Of a DNA stretch of 64,000 nucleotides, positions 1-13,100 are shown one piece after another (within the stretch, counting starts at the first letter, position 1; every line of letters starts with the position of its first letter). Position numbers and translations under genes: made by a program. Location: positions 1,943,334-2,007,333 of the forward strand of contig MU004185.1 in assembly GCA_010093605.1 (NCBI GenBank), in the 5' to 3' direction. The notes below the pieces were generated by a model. The model saw only the letters and a list, made by a program, of their open reading frames with translations. It made no database searches and had not been told where the DNA came from. The stretch comes from Lophium mytilinum. Its lineage: Eukaryota.

Positions 1-402
1 AGAACACCGCAACCGAGGAGCTATGAGACCAGTACTTTACTTACCGTTTTCGACCTTTCGGACAGAATCCTAGAGATTGGAACAAAAAGTCAGACACCCT
101 GTTGCCCACATCTTCCGAGAACGTGATGGTAATGTCTCCGGGATTGGGTCCGTCTGTGGGTACTCGTATGATCAATTTCCTGCTGCACTGTTAGATCATC
201 TCTCTCGCGGTTTTCGTCACTACGTTGGGGCACCACACACCGTGGCAGCACGTTGTGCAAAGGTTTATGAGAAGTAGAGAAGAAGGAAGACTACTAACCC
301 GTTACTTCGCTGCAAAATCTGCCGTGGTGTTTCTGATAATGCATGGCCGGCGGCAAACTCGAGGGTTGAGCACAGAAGTGCAAGAAACAACGAGAAGCGC
401 AT
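1..402 (-). CDS. Secreted protein of unknown function, 5' part only (runs off the window start)
   Basis: ATG at 402 gives a signal-peptide-like MRFSLFLALLCSTLEFAAGHA. An intron GTTAGT...CTAAC..CAG (~298-180) is followed by an open exon KLIIRVPTDGPNPGDITITFSEDVGNRVSDFLFQSLGFCPKGRK and another GTAAGT donor near 44. Confidence 0.6.
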
Positions 403-1188
403 ATTGCGTTGACATGGACTTGGGCTTGTCGAAGGAGCCGTTCCTTGTATTACTATCAAGAATTTAGGCCTTCGGTTCTGCAGGTCAATGGGCTGGATGT
501 ACCACCTTGGATATACATTTTCATACTGAGTGCAACCAAATGCGAAACGAATCCTGCAGCCAGTAAATCACGGCCTTTCGGATGAAACTTTTGGCGCCCG
601 TGGCAACGGCTTCTTGGCGGTGGCGAAGGTCGTGAGGCGCGGTTGCATATATTATATGCACGCTTGTGGCACAGAACACTCACCTTCGCACGCCTACTAG
701 GCATGGAGGACTGTGGTCTTGAAAACGGATAGCGCTTAGGATGTCGACCGCGGATTCGATTATGTGCGTTTCAGATGGAATGCGCCGTGGTATGCTATTC
801 TTGCACGCGCTGGAGGCGGCTATGCATACCTTGGCAGCATGCAACTTTGGCCTTTTCTTTCGGGCACCGACCTGAGAGTAGCACTGGAGTTATGGCGGGT
901 GGCCATTGATTCGCTTGTTCTAATAGTAATCCAACAACGTTCTTCTGCGGCGTATGGCTTCGCAATATGCGGGATCTCCAGAAATATCTGCGCCCTGCAA
1001 CACTGTATCAAGAACCGGGCGTGCAGCACCTCCTGAACGGCGTTCTTCTATCCGCGCCCGAGACAGGATGTTGAGAGGAGAGATTCTGCTAAGTGATTTC
1101 ACATAAATCAAACGATAGATCCGCATGACTAGCCCAAGAAACTTGATACCCACGAAACGACTCCAAAAGCTCCAGGTACCCCGGAAAT

Positions 1189-3073
1189 ATGAAGACCAGA
1201 ATGCTAAGAGTCTGGATCTTTGTGATCCTTGCTTCCGTTTGGCTGCCCGGTGCCATCTGTGTTGGTTCCCCCGACCCTCTCACCTACTGGATCGACGCAA
1301 GCTGCGACTCAATAAATTACATCGTCAAGCCAGCTATCGAAGGGGCGCGTACCATGGCCAAGCGTGCAGCAGCCAGGCTGCCACCAGACTACAGCAACCC
1401 GTATATGCACGAGGCTTTCGTGCGTGTTTTCCATTGGCTCAAAGTGACGAGGGCGAACGAGCAAGACCCAAACTCTCAGTTAGAGCCCACTCTAGAATAT
1501 CTAAAGGTTTATCGTGAGTATATCCAGCTATAGTTCATTGGTTTCACGCTTACCTGGCACCGTCTGAGGTCCTCTGTTCTGTTCTTTCAAATTAGAAATG
1601 CGCGTTTTGACAAGCCTAATAGCTGTCGAGGATACCTCAGACGGTGTTAGACTACCTATAGGTACTGTACACTGCGCTGACGGCCTTTGGACACATAGGT
1701 GTACTAGATACGATTGGAAACTACATGACAGAGACAACAAATCGCAAGGCCTCCGAGGTTCGAATCTACTGTGACGATGATAGGGATGTTGATCAGGGCG
1801 GGCGATGGTCTCCAATACCGGTCCAGAACGAAGACCCTGAGGACATCAAAAACAGCAACTTACCTGGAAGTATACACGATAAGGGTCTTCGGGAAGACTA
1901 TCCCGAGGATGGACCGTGGCGAATGTGGGAAGATAAGACCAACTGGATAAGGAGGGAAGCAGGGACGCGAGGTTGTCAGCACAATCAACCACAGTTTTCT
2001 AATGACAATAATAATGAGGGTATCAGCTACAGAAATAGATACATGTCCAAGGCCGATCATCCGGATTTTGACGAGGGGGAGAACGAGAACCGAGTGACTA
2101 TCACGGTAAGTCAAAAGGGTTCGGTACATTTTCCTGATTTTCACGGATTTGTTTCAACCTAGCGTTGAAATCTACAGACTCAGCTAACGCGACGTAGCTA
2201 TGTGACCAACACATACGGGAGTTAGCACTAGCCAGCATTGACACATACCGTGACGAAGGCATGTTTCCACAAAACCAGCCTCATGGGCCGATGAACGAAC
2301 CCGCTTGGGTGAAAAACGTCAAAATGTTGCAAGATCCGGTCTCTGTAACAGTTCTACACGAGGTATGTCAGCTAGCTACAGAACTAGGTCAGAAGTGATG
2401 GGCACATGAGTATGTCACTGCTGAAGCTCCAATCATGCCCGCTCAACAGCACTGCCAGGAGTGGCCCAGCCAGCAGGCAGGTGGCCAGCTCAGAGGTTGC
2501 CTGAATCCCAATTTCAAGACCCAGACGTGTGATTAACGGGGCACCCCAAGCAGTGACAAACGAGCGTGCCCAGACCTTTTACCAACAGACTGATTTTCGG
2601 TCAGCTGATTATGCTACAGTTGACTCACATAACACGGCCCGACTTCAATCGTGAGGCTTTCATTTCGCAAATACGTTTTACTGAGCGCTAACATCTTTGA
2701 AGTGGAAGATGTAAGCTGGGTGCGGCTAATACCCGAAAATCCCGATGATTCGGATGGCGAAGGAACGAAGGACCTAGACGACCCTGCTAATTGGGCTGAC
2801 CCTTACGACTTCATACACATCTTGAGGAGATTCGGCCGGCCTGATTCCTATATCAATGCAGAGAGTGTGGCAATAATAGCTGCACTAGCACGAGCAGCGG
2901 ACTTTGGATACAGGCTCGCAGATGTGAGCCAGATGAGTAACGGCGAACTCGTGTTTGACCCACATCTTGAAAAGATCGGTGGAGAGAATTATCAACGAAG
3001 AAAACGTCGTGCAAATGACATTTCCAATACCACGGAGCGACTGGACTTGGTGGGGACGCCTTTCTCCGCTTAA
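1189..3073 (+). CDS. Secreted zinc metalloprotease-like protein (HEXXH; M35/aspzincin-like), multi-exon
   Basis: Signal peptide MKTRMLRVWIFVILASVWLPGAIC. Splicing ~2106-2197, 2363-2619 and 2651-2702 gives ...RVTIT/LCDQ...SVTVLHE/LTHITRPDFN/LEDVSW...YINAESVAII. The introns around 1510-1700 were not resolved exactly. Confidence 0.7.
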
Positions 3074-4397
3074 TCGTAACTGTCTTCATTCGAGCGTTCA
3101 ACGGAGGACTTCGGTGCTTGGAGGAAAGGGTGCACCCCAGTTCGCCGCCGTCTGAGGTGCTTCAATGTAGGACTAGAAGTCCACACGAGATGTAAAATCC
3201 AAGACGGCACAAATTTGAGCGGTCCCAAATGCTTTAGTCGCCTGCCATCCAATTGTTCTTAAGATGGCATAAAATACGATTCGCACTTCAGCACAAAGTC
3301 GAAGTCGGCGTTTAAAGAGAGAGCACAAACTCGTTCTATAATACTATACCTTCGTATGTACTTTTCATGTGGCTTTGCGTTTCAGTTTGTCGAGTTGTTG
3401 GGCCTTGTGCATTCATGTTCCACATAGAGTAATTGGTCGCGGTGTTGGGATTCGATGAAAGAGAGTTGGTGTCTCTGATTTGGCATGTCTGGCTTCCTGA
3501 ATCAACTCGTTCAACGAACCCTTTGATTCATTGAGCACTTTACTGTGGCTAAATGACTGGATTCCCAAACATCAGTATCCAGTATACACTCCCTCTATTC
3601 CTACAATCGTTTGTAACCGCAAGTGGGGATTACATGACTGTGCCATGAGATCCGCCTTCCAGGTAGATGTATCCTCTTCTTCCTACTAGATGTATCCCTC
3701 AATTCGGATTATCGCGTATTCGGGCGCCATCTCATCTCCTATGAGACGATCGTGGGACCGATGCGCTCTGTAGAGATCGGACTCAAGGTCGCCGAGCGAG
3801 GGGTGGTGTTGTTTGACTTCGCTGAGGAGACCGTATAGCTGTACAAAGGTATGTATGTACAATAGTTCCGGGATGAGGGGTACTTCCTAAGATCGCTGGG
3901 ATCCGGGCGTTCGATGTCGACCACGAAGAGGCTTAGACACGAAGGCGGAAATCGTATGCTGGACAGAGGTTTCAAGCAAAACCGACGCTGAATGGCTATG
4001 TGGGGTGAATCGTTGGAAGTGAGTGCGACCGTGACACGCGTGAGAGAGCATCAACGCGCTCAGACGCTAGTTCGATGACTAACCAGGTTTAGTTCGCCGT
4101 TCACCGCGTCCTCATCCTCTTGAACTGATTCATCTGGGACTATATCCCTCTACCAAATGTCTGCTGCATGGAAAAGATTCGTTTTTTCCTCGACCACTTT
4201 GCTGTAAGCGCGTTAAGATGTGGCGTTGGGGCACAGCAACAAGCAACCAACCTCCGAAATTTCTCACCCTGACGTCTTAACCCGCCTCTAGGTCTCCAAA
4301 AAATCCCTCTACGATCCTCTACAATCATCCTGTTCTTATTCCAAATCTTCTTGCGTGTCCTTGATAATAGCCTCCTGTTGCATACCGCTTCTCTAGA

Positions 4398-5776
4398 ATG
4401 GCGCTTGCTACGATGCCAGACGATATCTTGATCGAAATCCTATCGTGCTGTCACAGCGAGAACAGAATCCTCAAAAATCTGGCACTTGTGTCGCATCGCC
4501 TGAGTCTATTAGTGCCAACTTTTTTGTTCCGGCACATCAGTATTACTCTGCCCGACACGCCTTACCAACTGGAACGATGTCTTAGGGAGAATCCGGACCT
4601 AGCCCGCCATATTCGAAGCTTGACTGTGGTTTCCCTTGATGAGCAGCTTAGATTCTGGCGTCTCCTGCCCACCAACCTATCTCGATTTCGGAACCTCCGC
4701 ACTGTCGAGCTCAACGGTGGCTGGAGGAAGCCGGGGCATCAGCACAGTGCAGCAGACTTGTCAAACCGGCAGATTTCAGAGCTTGAGAGAGAATTCCTTA
4801 GTGCGTTCAATGACGAGCTGATTGAAAACTTGCGCCATTCCAGCGTTAACAATATTCGTTTCAACCGTTTTTCATCCAACAGAGCGGTTATAAACGTAAC
4901 ATCGACCATCATTGTGCGGCTCCTACAGATCGAAGGACTACGCAATCTAAGTCTCACTGGCCTCTCTGAACTGGGCGACATTGATGTTTCTATGTTGTCC
5001 ACAAACCTGGTCTCTCACACAGAAAACTTACAACTCGGAAGTGGATACTGGAGTATAGATCCGATGCACATGAAATCAATCATGGCCTACGCACCTTCAC
5101 TGAAAAGTCTAACCAGCTTCCTCCCTGGATTATCAGAGCTGACGTTCCGCCTTCCACATCATTTCATCACGAATATGCTACAGCCATTCGACGGTGGAGC
5201 TCTATCGAGCGTCTTGGCTCCGCTCAAAGTTTCTCTAGAAGTATTGGACTTGTCTGGCGTTATCCAACACTGGCCCGGCCGCCAACCCGGGCCCTTTGAT
5301 CTATCAGATTTCGAGAAACTCCGAAGGATTGTTGCGCCGTCCATATGCTTCTTCCAGCTAGGCCCACCGCAGATCGATAGATACGAGCTCCATAACCAGC
5401 TTCCGGCATCCTTAGAAGAACTTTCCGTCAGTCATTTCCCCCTCGATATCTCTACATCCTCTTGGGACTGCCTAACCAAGTTTAGATCACATTCTCTTCC
5501 GAAACCAGCATCTTTACCAATGATCTATCTGCTGATCCGTCCCATACTATCACGGTTCCACAATCCTTGGATTGGCTCATGCAGTTCGCAATGAAAGTGC
5601 TAGATCACCTTCCAAACCTCCGCAGTGTCCAACTACGAGAGACAAGGAGATTTAAGAGAACCAGGAGACAGACTAAAGTAGAGGTGGTACCCTGGATTGC
5701 TCCAGCTAAAGTTCAGGAAGCGTTCGATGGTGCTAAGGTGAAACTCGAGGTGTTGGTACGGCAGAATATGGCGTGA
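4398..5776 (+). CDS. F-box-like / LRR-like protein, paralogue 1
   Basis: N-terminal LATMPDDILIEILSC...LALVSHRL resembles an F-box, followed by leucine-rich segments. Intron 5427-5485 (GTCAGT..CTAAC..TAG) joins ORF 4398 in frame to ORF 5567-5776. Confidence 0.75.
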
Positions 5777-6100
5777 GATGGCAAGCGAAGTAGACACGAG
5801 ATTCCTGTGATGATTTGGGATGAAGAGGTTACAATTTCTATAAAGTAATGGAAGGAATGATAAGGTGGGCGTTGAGAAAGACTCGGTTTTACTACCTTAC
5901 TACTACGGAGACGAGACATATCGACGGTCAAGCTTCACGTCTCACGTTTTGGAGCCAATCGAATGCTTTACCTGGGAAACCATTTAGTTCACTACTTCGA
6001 GTCGCTACTACTTTCATTCCCTTCATACAAGGCCTCAATTAATAATGAGCTTTCATTGACTCCGCGCCCTGAGCACATACCGTCGGTACTGTATACTAAA

Positions 6101-7667
6101 CTAAATTAAATCAATCATCCTTTGAACCGAAGCTACTCGGTCCATGAGGTGATGCTTTAGCTCGAAATCCAAGTCGTCATCTAGCATTCCATACTCCTCT
6201 ATTAGAGCCTGCTCCATTTCACTGACTCTGTCGTCTACATCTCTAACCCACGCCTCTAGCTCGACCTCCACTGCCTCGAAAGCCTCAGCGATCAAAGTTG
6301 GTGCTTTCCACTGCACTATAGGCCTATCGGAGAAGACTCTCGGCTCAACATCCACAGGCTGACTTAGCTCTCGAAAGCAGACGCGGCGGAGGGAATGGAG
6401 GTGGACGCTTTTTGCTGTGGTAATGGAGAGCAGCCAGTCGCTAGACTCAGGTCTTGGCAAGAGCGTCGAGGGAGAAGGGGGCAGGGGCCGACTGCACCAA
6501 GCGGCGGGGATGTGATGTCTTCTAAATGACGAATCATAAGGGTAAATCGTCCTTGGCAGGTGGTGACTGAAGAGGGACGTATCAAAGTGGAAACTGATCT
6601 TTCTACAGTCGTCAACAGTATCCGGTATGAACAGCCGGATAATTCACCTCTAGCTCTTCTAATGAAGCGGGTAGCTGACTGCAGAGCTCGTACCTGTCTT
6701 CCTGTGGTCGGCCCAGCGCGAAGAAGCAGATTGATGGCAGTTTTACTTTCCGCAAATGGCTGAAGCTCGAAAGGTCGAAAGATTCGGTCCGGCCGACCCA
6801 CTCTTGCCAGTCTGCCGTCAATTCAAGGCCCTCGAGGGTGTTTTGAACGGGAAGCAATTGATCTCTTATCCATTGAGCGCCGAAAGGGTGGCCCATGCGT
6901 GTACGTTCCCAGCTGTTTGTTATGGATGGTGTGTCCGGGATAGTGCACTTCAAATATTTGAGTGAAGGAGTGGTTTCTAAGACAGGCTGCAGGGATACTG
7001 GGACGTAGAAGACCCCGGATCGACATTGACACCAGGATAGCTCAAGATGCTCGATATTGGATGCTTTAGTTTGGGTTGGGAAGCTCAGGAAATTAAACGC
7101 CTTCATACTCGCAACGCGCAAGCTTTGAAGCGGCTTGTGGGGCAACAATCGCAAAATCTGCGAAGCCGTGAAGGTACTACCCATACTGGGCTCTTCGCTT
7201 ACGCCTAGGTTGACTACTCGAATGTTGGAAAGGAGTATCTCGTTGACGAAGTCAACCTCGAGCCATTTGGTTAAGCCTGAGGAATTCTTCGCCTTCGGGA
7301 GATCGGTTGGAGGAGGTTGTAGGAGCGGCGGGGCTACTTTAGATCTACGGTACATATTGAATGTATGGAGCTTCGAAAATCGAGAAAGATTCGTGGGCAT
7401 ACAATTCGCCATATCAGCCCCAGCTTCTGCAAATACGACGGTGCATGTTCGCGGGTGATTAAAAAAGTCTGGGTTTTCTTTGAAACTACGTTCAAGCAGA
7501 TCCATGGCCTCGGGAGAAGAGATCTTAACACGTCGAAATATCCAGGCGGGAGTTAGTCTGCTTAGACGATGAAAGAGGCGGGTGAGGGCATGTAACGCAG
7601 CTAAGTCGTCTTCGAAATACGATAATAGCTCGATCAAAATATCGTCCGGCATAGCGGCTAGCGACAT
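6101..7667 (-). CDS. F-box-like / LRR-like protein, paralogue 2
   Basis: Starts MSLAAMPDDILIELLSY and shares FDLSxF..LR....PSICFF.LG.PQ.DRYEL..QLPASLEEL with paralogue 1. An intron at the same position (~6645-6599) joins in frame to ORF 6101-6460. Confidence 0.75.
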
Positions 7668-8066
7668 TCTCACGAGGCTGAGTGCGACAAGGATGCACTG
7701 AAATAGAGGTGATTGAACGGGAGTGCAGGTTTCAGACCGGAATATCTCCTTCTAGAAGTTGGAGGTTGGCGGATCACCTGAAACTCATCAGGTTGCTGCC
7801 TGAAGGCTAGTTCTAGCTCTAGCGCCGTGATCTGCAGCTGATATTTCGATAGCCATGGTCGAACAAAACATTTTCAACCTCTATACATATGTCGTCGCAA
7901 TGGCTTAATGTTTTCAAGAGCAGCCATGGGTTTTCAACATCTATTGTAGCTAATTGCAAGTTACTTGCGAACCTCCGAAAACTACCACGCCGCATCTTCT
8001 GTCTGAAATTCTGCCGCTTCGGAATCTTTCATTTCCCATAATTTGCAACCCTGAAGACATCATCTA

Positions 8067-9585
8067 ATGTCTCGAGTACCCACCATGTCCATCACAACCC
8101 TACCCAACGATATTTTGATCGAGGTCCTTGCTTGCTTTCAGGCCGACACAACTACTCTCCGGAGTCTTGCCCTCGTCTCTCATCGTCCGAGTGCGTTGGC
8201 TCCCACATTCCTGTTGCGACATGTCGAAACTCGCTCGCTCGAAAACGTTGAGCTACTTGAACGCAGCTTCCAAGAAAATACAGATCTCATGCGCCATCTT
8301 CGATCTTGCAGCACGAGGGCCTCGAGCAAGGAGGGAAAGCCTTTAGATCTCATACTCAAAGATCTTGCAAGATTCCCAAACTTTTAAGAGCTTGAGTTCT
8401 GTATTGACTCGTGAGTGAGGCAGCCGCATCGAATTTCGTCTGCGCTCCGCTCCGTGATCACACCTTTTACACCGCCACCAACACATTCTTCTCGAAATAC
8501 AGAGCGTGTAACGGACTTCGATAATGACTTTGTGGGTATGATTTCTCGTTCTGGAATTAAGAGCGTGCACCTGAGTAGCTTCCCCCCTTGGAGAATGGGT
8601 ACGAAGATTACATGCGCCGTGGTAATTCGTATTCTACTTATGGACAGACTTTGCAGCTTGCGTCTTTCCAACTTGTCGCATCTTGGCGATATTGATCCCT
8701 CGTCAATCTTTACAGACCAGAAATCTCGCGTCAGCTGCCTTCAATTACATGGGAATAGATTCTGGAGTGTTGACGCCCACGAGACCAAGACCATCCTCAA
8801 CTATACTCCCTTTCTGAAGGAGTTTCAATGCTCACTTCCCGGGGAAGCAAGACCGAAGGCCGATAAGGGACCTGTGAAGATGTTAAGGCTCTTCCACGGT
8901 CCTGACCTCCTAGATCTGTTGGCGCCGCTCGGAGATTCCCTCCAGTTGTTAGAGTTGAACGACAATTTTCAACTTTGGCCAGGCCGACAACGTCTACCCT
9001 TTGTCCTATCTAGCTTCAACAGATTGCGGAGAATAGTAGCACCATCTATATGTTTCTTCCAACCAGGCCCGCCGCAAATGGACAGGTATGAGCTTTTCAG
9101 CCAACTTCCACAGTCTCTAGAGGAGCTTTCGGTGAGTATAAGCAAACATCTCCTCTACCCTGAACCCGCGCAACTACTATCAGATTCTCTAACATGAGAT
9201 ACGTACCAGATCAACTTCCCCATCGACACCAGCATCTTCCCTATCGACGCCATCCCCGTAGACGCCACGATCCATCCCATGACCATCGGCACGACTGTCT
9301 CTCTAGTCAGTGGTAACATATTCCCCCCCCCAGTCCGCTACCTCTACTACGACTTTATCAATCACGGATGCTTTGGACTGGCTCTTGCAGCTCGCAGCGA
9401 ACATTCGCTTACAACCCCCCCTTCTCAGAACTCTCCAGCTCAGAGAGACAGAGAGTCGAGTGCAGCATAAGAGAATACCCAAGACTGTGTTTGTACGTTG
9501 GGTTCTTCCAGAAGAGATCCGAGATGCCTACGATAGTATTGGAGTGCAGCTTGAGGTGTGGGAGAGGAGGTGGCAATTCGTATGA
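8067..9585 (+). pseudogene. F-box-like paralogue 3, disrupted
   Basis: Collinear with paralogues 1 and 2 but has in-frame TAA (8385) and TGA (8412). After the conserved intron (9132-9209) a frameshift, probably at the C9 run 9323-9331, is needed to reach the homologous LDWLLQLA..LQLRET tail. Confidence 0.75.
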
Positions 9586-10119
9586 GGTGATTCATATGTG
9601 TACTAGCTAGGCCACCTCTCACAGCATTCAATGGTTTACATAGGCCAGCAAAGGTCACGTGCAGCTCGTTGATCTGATGAACCACCTTCAATTGGAAGAG
9701 CGCCTGACCAGAGACTGGAAAAAGCAGAATTTCCTACACCTATCTAACTAAGTATGGGCTAGTAGGATGAAGTGTATGTGAAAAAATGCCGAGATGAAAA
9801 TCACGTGAACATATCCATCCAAAGTGCCTAACCTTGGAACTCCCGCACCAATTCAACCGTCTCCATCCCCATCTCTTTAACCATGCCAGCCACCAGAGCA
9901 ACACGGCTATGGTCAATACAGGCATTTCTTGTTCGCGGACCCGCATGGGATGCGTTGTCTGCCCAGGTGCAGGATGCATGCCAAGCTGCGCCACAGTTGC
10001 TACCTAGGTAGGGCCGCTCAAGGCTGAAGGCACGAGGCTCGCGACTCTCATGGATCGATGTTCTCCCGCAAACTTGATTTCATCTACATTGTACATCGTC
10101 GTGGCACTTGAACATCGAC

Positions 10120-13100
10120 ATGGCAGACCCTTTGTCAATCGCGGCTTCTATCTGTGGAATCGCATCTCTGGCAGAGACAGTGGTGAGCAAAGGATACAAG
10201 TATATCAAGGCTGTCAAAGATTGTCGTGAGGATGTCAGCAGGCTCCTTCTTGAAGTCAACGTCCTCTGTGGGGTCTTGGAGCGACTAGGCAGGATGCTCG
10301 AAGAAGACGAAGATGACGAAGATGAAAATCAGATAAGTCGCAACAGTAAGCCTATTGCAGACGCGCCTCCTAGCCTGTTGTAACTGCATAACTAATATTT
10401 CCACCAGTTTCAGGCATCCCTAGTTACGTCTTAGTGTGCCAGAAGACTCTGAACGAGGTTCTACGTGTTCTTAACGGCTTCGAGAGAAAGGCAGTTATTG
10501 CCAATCAAGGCACCGGAAGAAAGAAAAAGTCGTTTTTGACTTGTCTCTCAAAAAATGACTTGAAATGGCCTCTCTCAAAGGAGTCTACCATGGCACTCAT
10601 TGAATCTCTCGAGAGACACAAAGCGACGTGTATCTTGGCTCTTTCTGCCAACGAGCATTCGCTTTTGGAGTCCATACTCGCCTCTGCTACGGACACCAAC
10701 AAGCATTTACAGCAGATCCGGAAAGACCAGAATGCGTTCGCTGAGAGTGTGAAAACCCAAGAAAACACACGTATTTTCCAATGGCTGTCTCCCGTCAACC
10801 CGCAGCTCAAACACCGCGTTTTCCGAGAGGACTACCAAGAAGGCACTTGCCTTTGGGTATTTGATTTACCAGAATACAAGGCATGGGCGGCAGAAGACAA
10901 TACTGCACTTTTTGTCTATGGCATACCAGGTGCTGGAAAAACCACGTTGGCTTCGCTGATCATCGACACTCTACTCGTTCAGAGACCTGCCGGATTCGCA
11001 TTCTTCTATTGCCGCCACGACGATCAGGCTACGCATGATGGAACCAATGTTTTGGGGTCACTCATGGTGCAGCTTGCGATGCAACATCCTTCTGCTTATT
11101 CCGATGTCCTTGAGTTCTACAAGCTACATCATCCAGACGGCAGGCTTAGCACGCAACCGAACGAAGCCCAATTAGTTTCCGGAATCATGTCAATGTCCCA
11201 ATACTTTCAGGAGATCACCCTAGTCATCGATGGTTTAGATGAATGCGGAACGCCAATTTCCAGGGCGAGACTGCTCACTGCTCTCTCGAGAATACACAAA
11301 TCGCGGACCACAAGTTCGGGCAACACGCAGGATACCAATATCAGACTGATGGTCTTAGGACGAGCGGAGCCTGATATCCGAGAGACTCTCGACGAATTTT
11401 CCAGTATCTCCATTGCCGCGAAATCCTCAGATCTACAACTATTCGTCGCTGCCCATTTGAGCACGATCAAGACAAAGAGTATGGATTTGAGAGAAGACAT
11501 CGTTACCACCCTAACGCAAGAGGCGAATGGCATGTTCCAGTGGGTAAAACTCCAGGTGGACTATCTTTCGAGGCTGCCAAACGATCGAGAAAGACGAAAG
11601 GCGCTGCGATCTCTCCCGCCTGATCTCCCGGCGACATACGTAAGAATACTAGAGGACATCGACTCTCGGTATCCAGAACAGACGAGGGTCTACATTCGAC
11701 GCGCCCTCAAGTGGCTCATATTGCATCAAAGTCTCAGTGATCAGAACGCCCATGTTACAGTTACTGCTGAGCATCGTTTAACGAGGTCAGCCTTGTGCCA
11801 TGCGATAAGCATCGAGCCAGACACCACTACTTTAGACAAAGATGCTATCCCGATGGAGGCAGAAGTTACCAACTGGCTGTCCAGTCTGGTCAAACATGAC
11901 AAGAAGCAGCAAGATCCGCTCTTTCAACTCAGTCACTTCACAGTCAAGGAGTTCTTGCTCAGCTCGCCGGACGCTGTTCCTGACAAAGTGGCTAGCTATC
12001 TCGTCAATCAGAACATTGATCCTTCCTACCTTGCCGAAACCTGCATTGGCTACCTCTCCATGGACGATATTCCACACGCTGGTGTCCAATCGAAAGCTGC
12101 AAGAGCCGAACTAGAGAGACAGTATCCTCTCTACGGCCATGCAGCCATCCAAGCCTACGCTTATCTCTATTACTACGATATCGCACGTCCCGAGCCACCG
12201 GCCTTCAAACGGTTTTTCTCTTCTCTGCCCAGCCTGGGCTTTTCCCTTTGGAACCTTTTTTGTAGCACCAGCTTCCCGGACTGGAGCAGGTACTCTTATT
12301 CTGACTACCAAGGAAAGACTCAAAAGTCTGAAATGGCATGGGCAATTAGCCCATTGCAGTTTGCTGCTGCAAGCCTCCTTCCGAGCACCTGTGCCAGACT
12401 TCTAACCGAAAACGCGAATCCTAACGGAAGATTAGAAGGTATCGCAACTCCGCTTCATTTTGCTATATCCAAATGCAGGGCACCTGTTTTCACACTCCCG
12501 CCACACGAAGCGTTCTTCTCGGAGAGGCTCGAAAGAAAGGAAACTTTGGCCCGCAGACTGGACACGATTCGTTTGTTGGTAACTCACGGCGCAGACTTGG
12601 GTTTAGCATGCAAGTTTCGAAGTTCCCACCTTATGAGAAACAAAGACGGATCGACTCACGGTGACCTTGACATGTCACCTCTATGTGTTGCTCTTGCGTG
12701 TTATCAGTCGGAGGCCTGTGATCTACTTCTTGAACTTGGCGCAAGTCTTGAACCAAGCCCTGCTGGACTCGGCAGATATTACGGAACCTTTGAAACCATC
12801 GTTCGATCGTCCTCTAACTGGAACGACCTCAAAGTCACGCCACCTCCACACAAGACGAGACGGGACATTGTCATTACCAAAATCTCAGCCCATATCGAAT
12901 CCAACAAGAAGAAGCAATTGTCGTCCGAATTAGAATCCAGATCAGATCACGACGTAGGTCAATCTATCATTCAAGAGAAAACAAACCTTGACTCATATAC
13001 ATCCAACTTGATTCAACCGGATGACATTGACGTTTGCGTTGAGGCTCAGGCCACTCCAAAACAGCTCTGCCGCATCTGCCAAAGCGACAGCATCCACCTT

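Noticed and set aside
10120..10450. Amyloid signalling motif at the NLR N-terminus
   Set aside because: The N-terminus is a helical HeLo-like domain; no HET-s-type or PP-type motif and no adjacent effector gene were seen.
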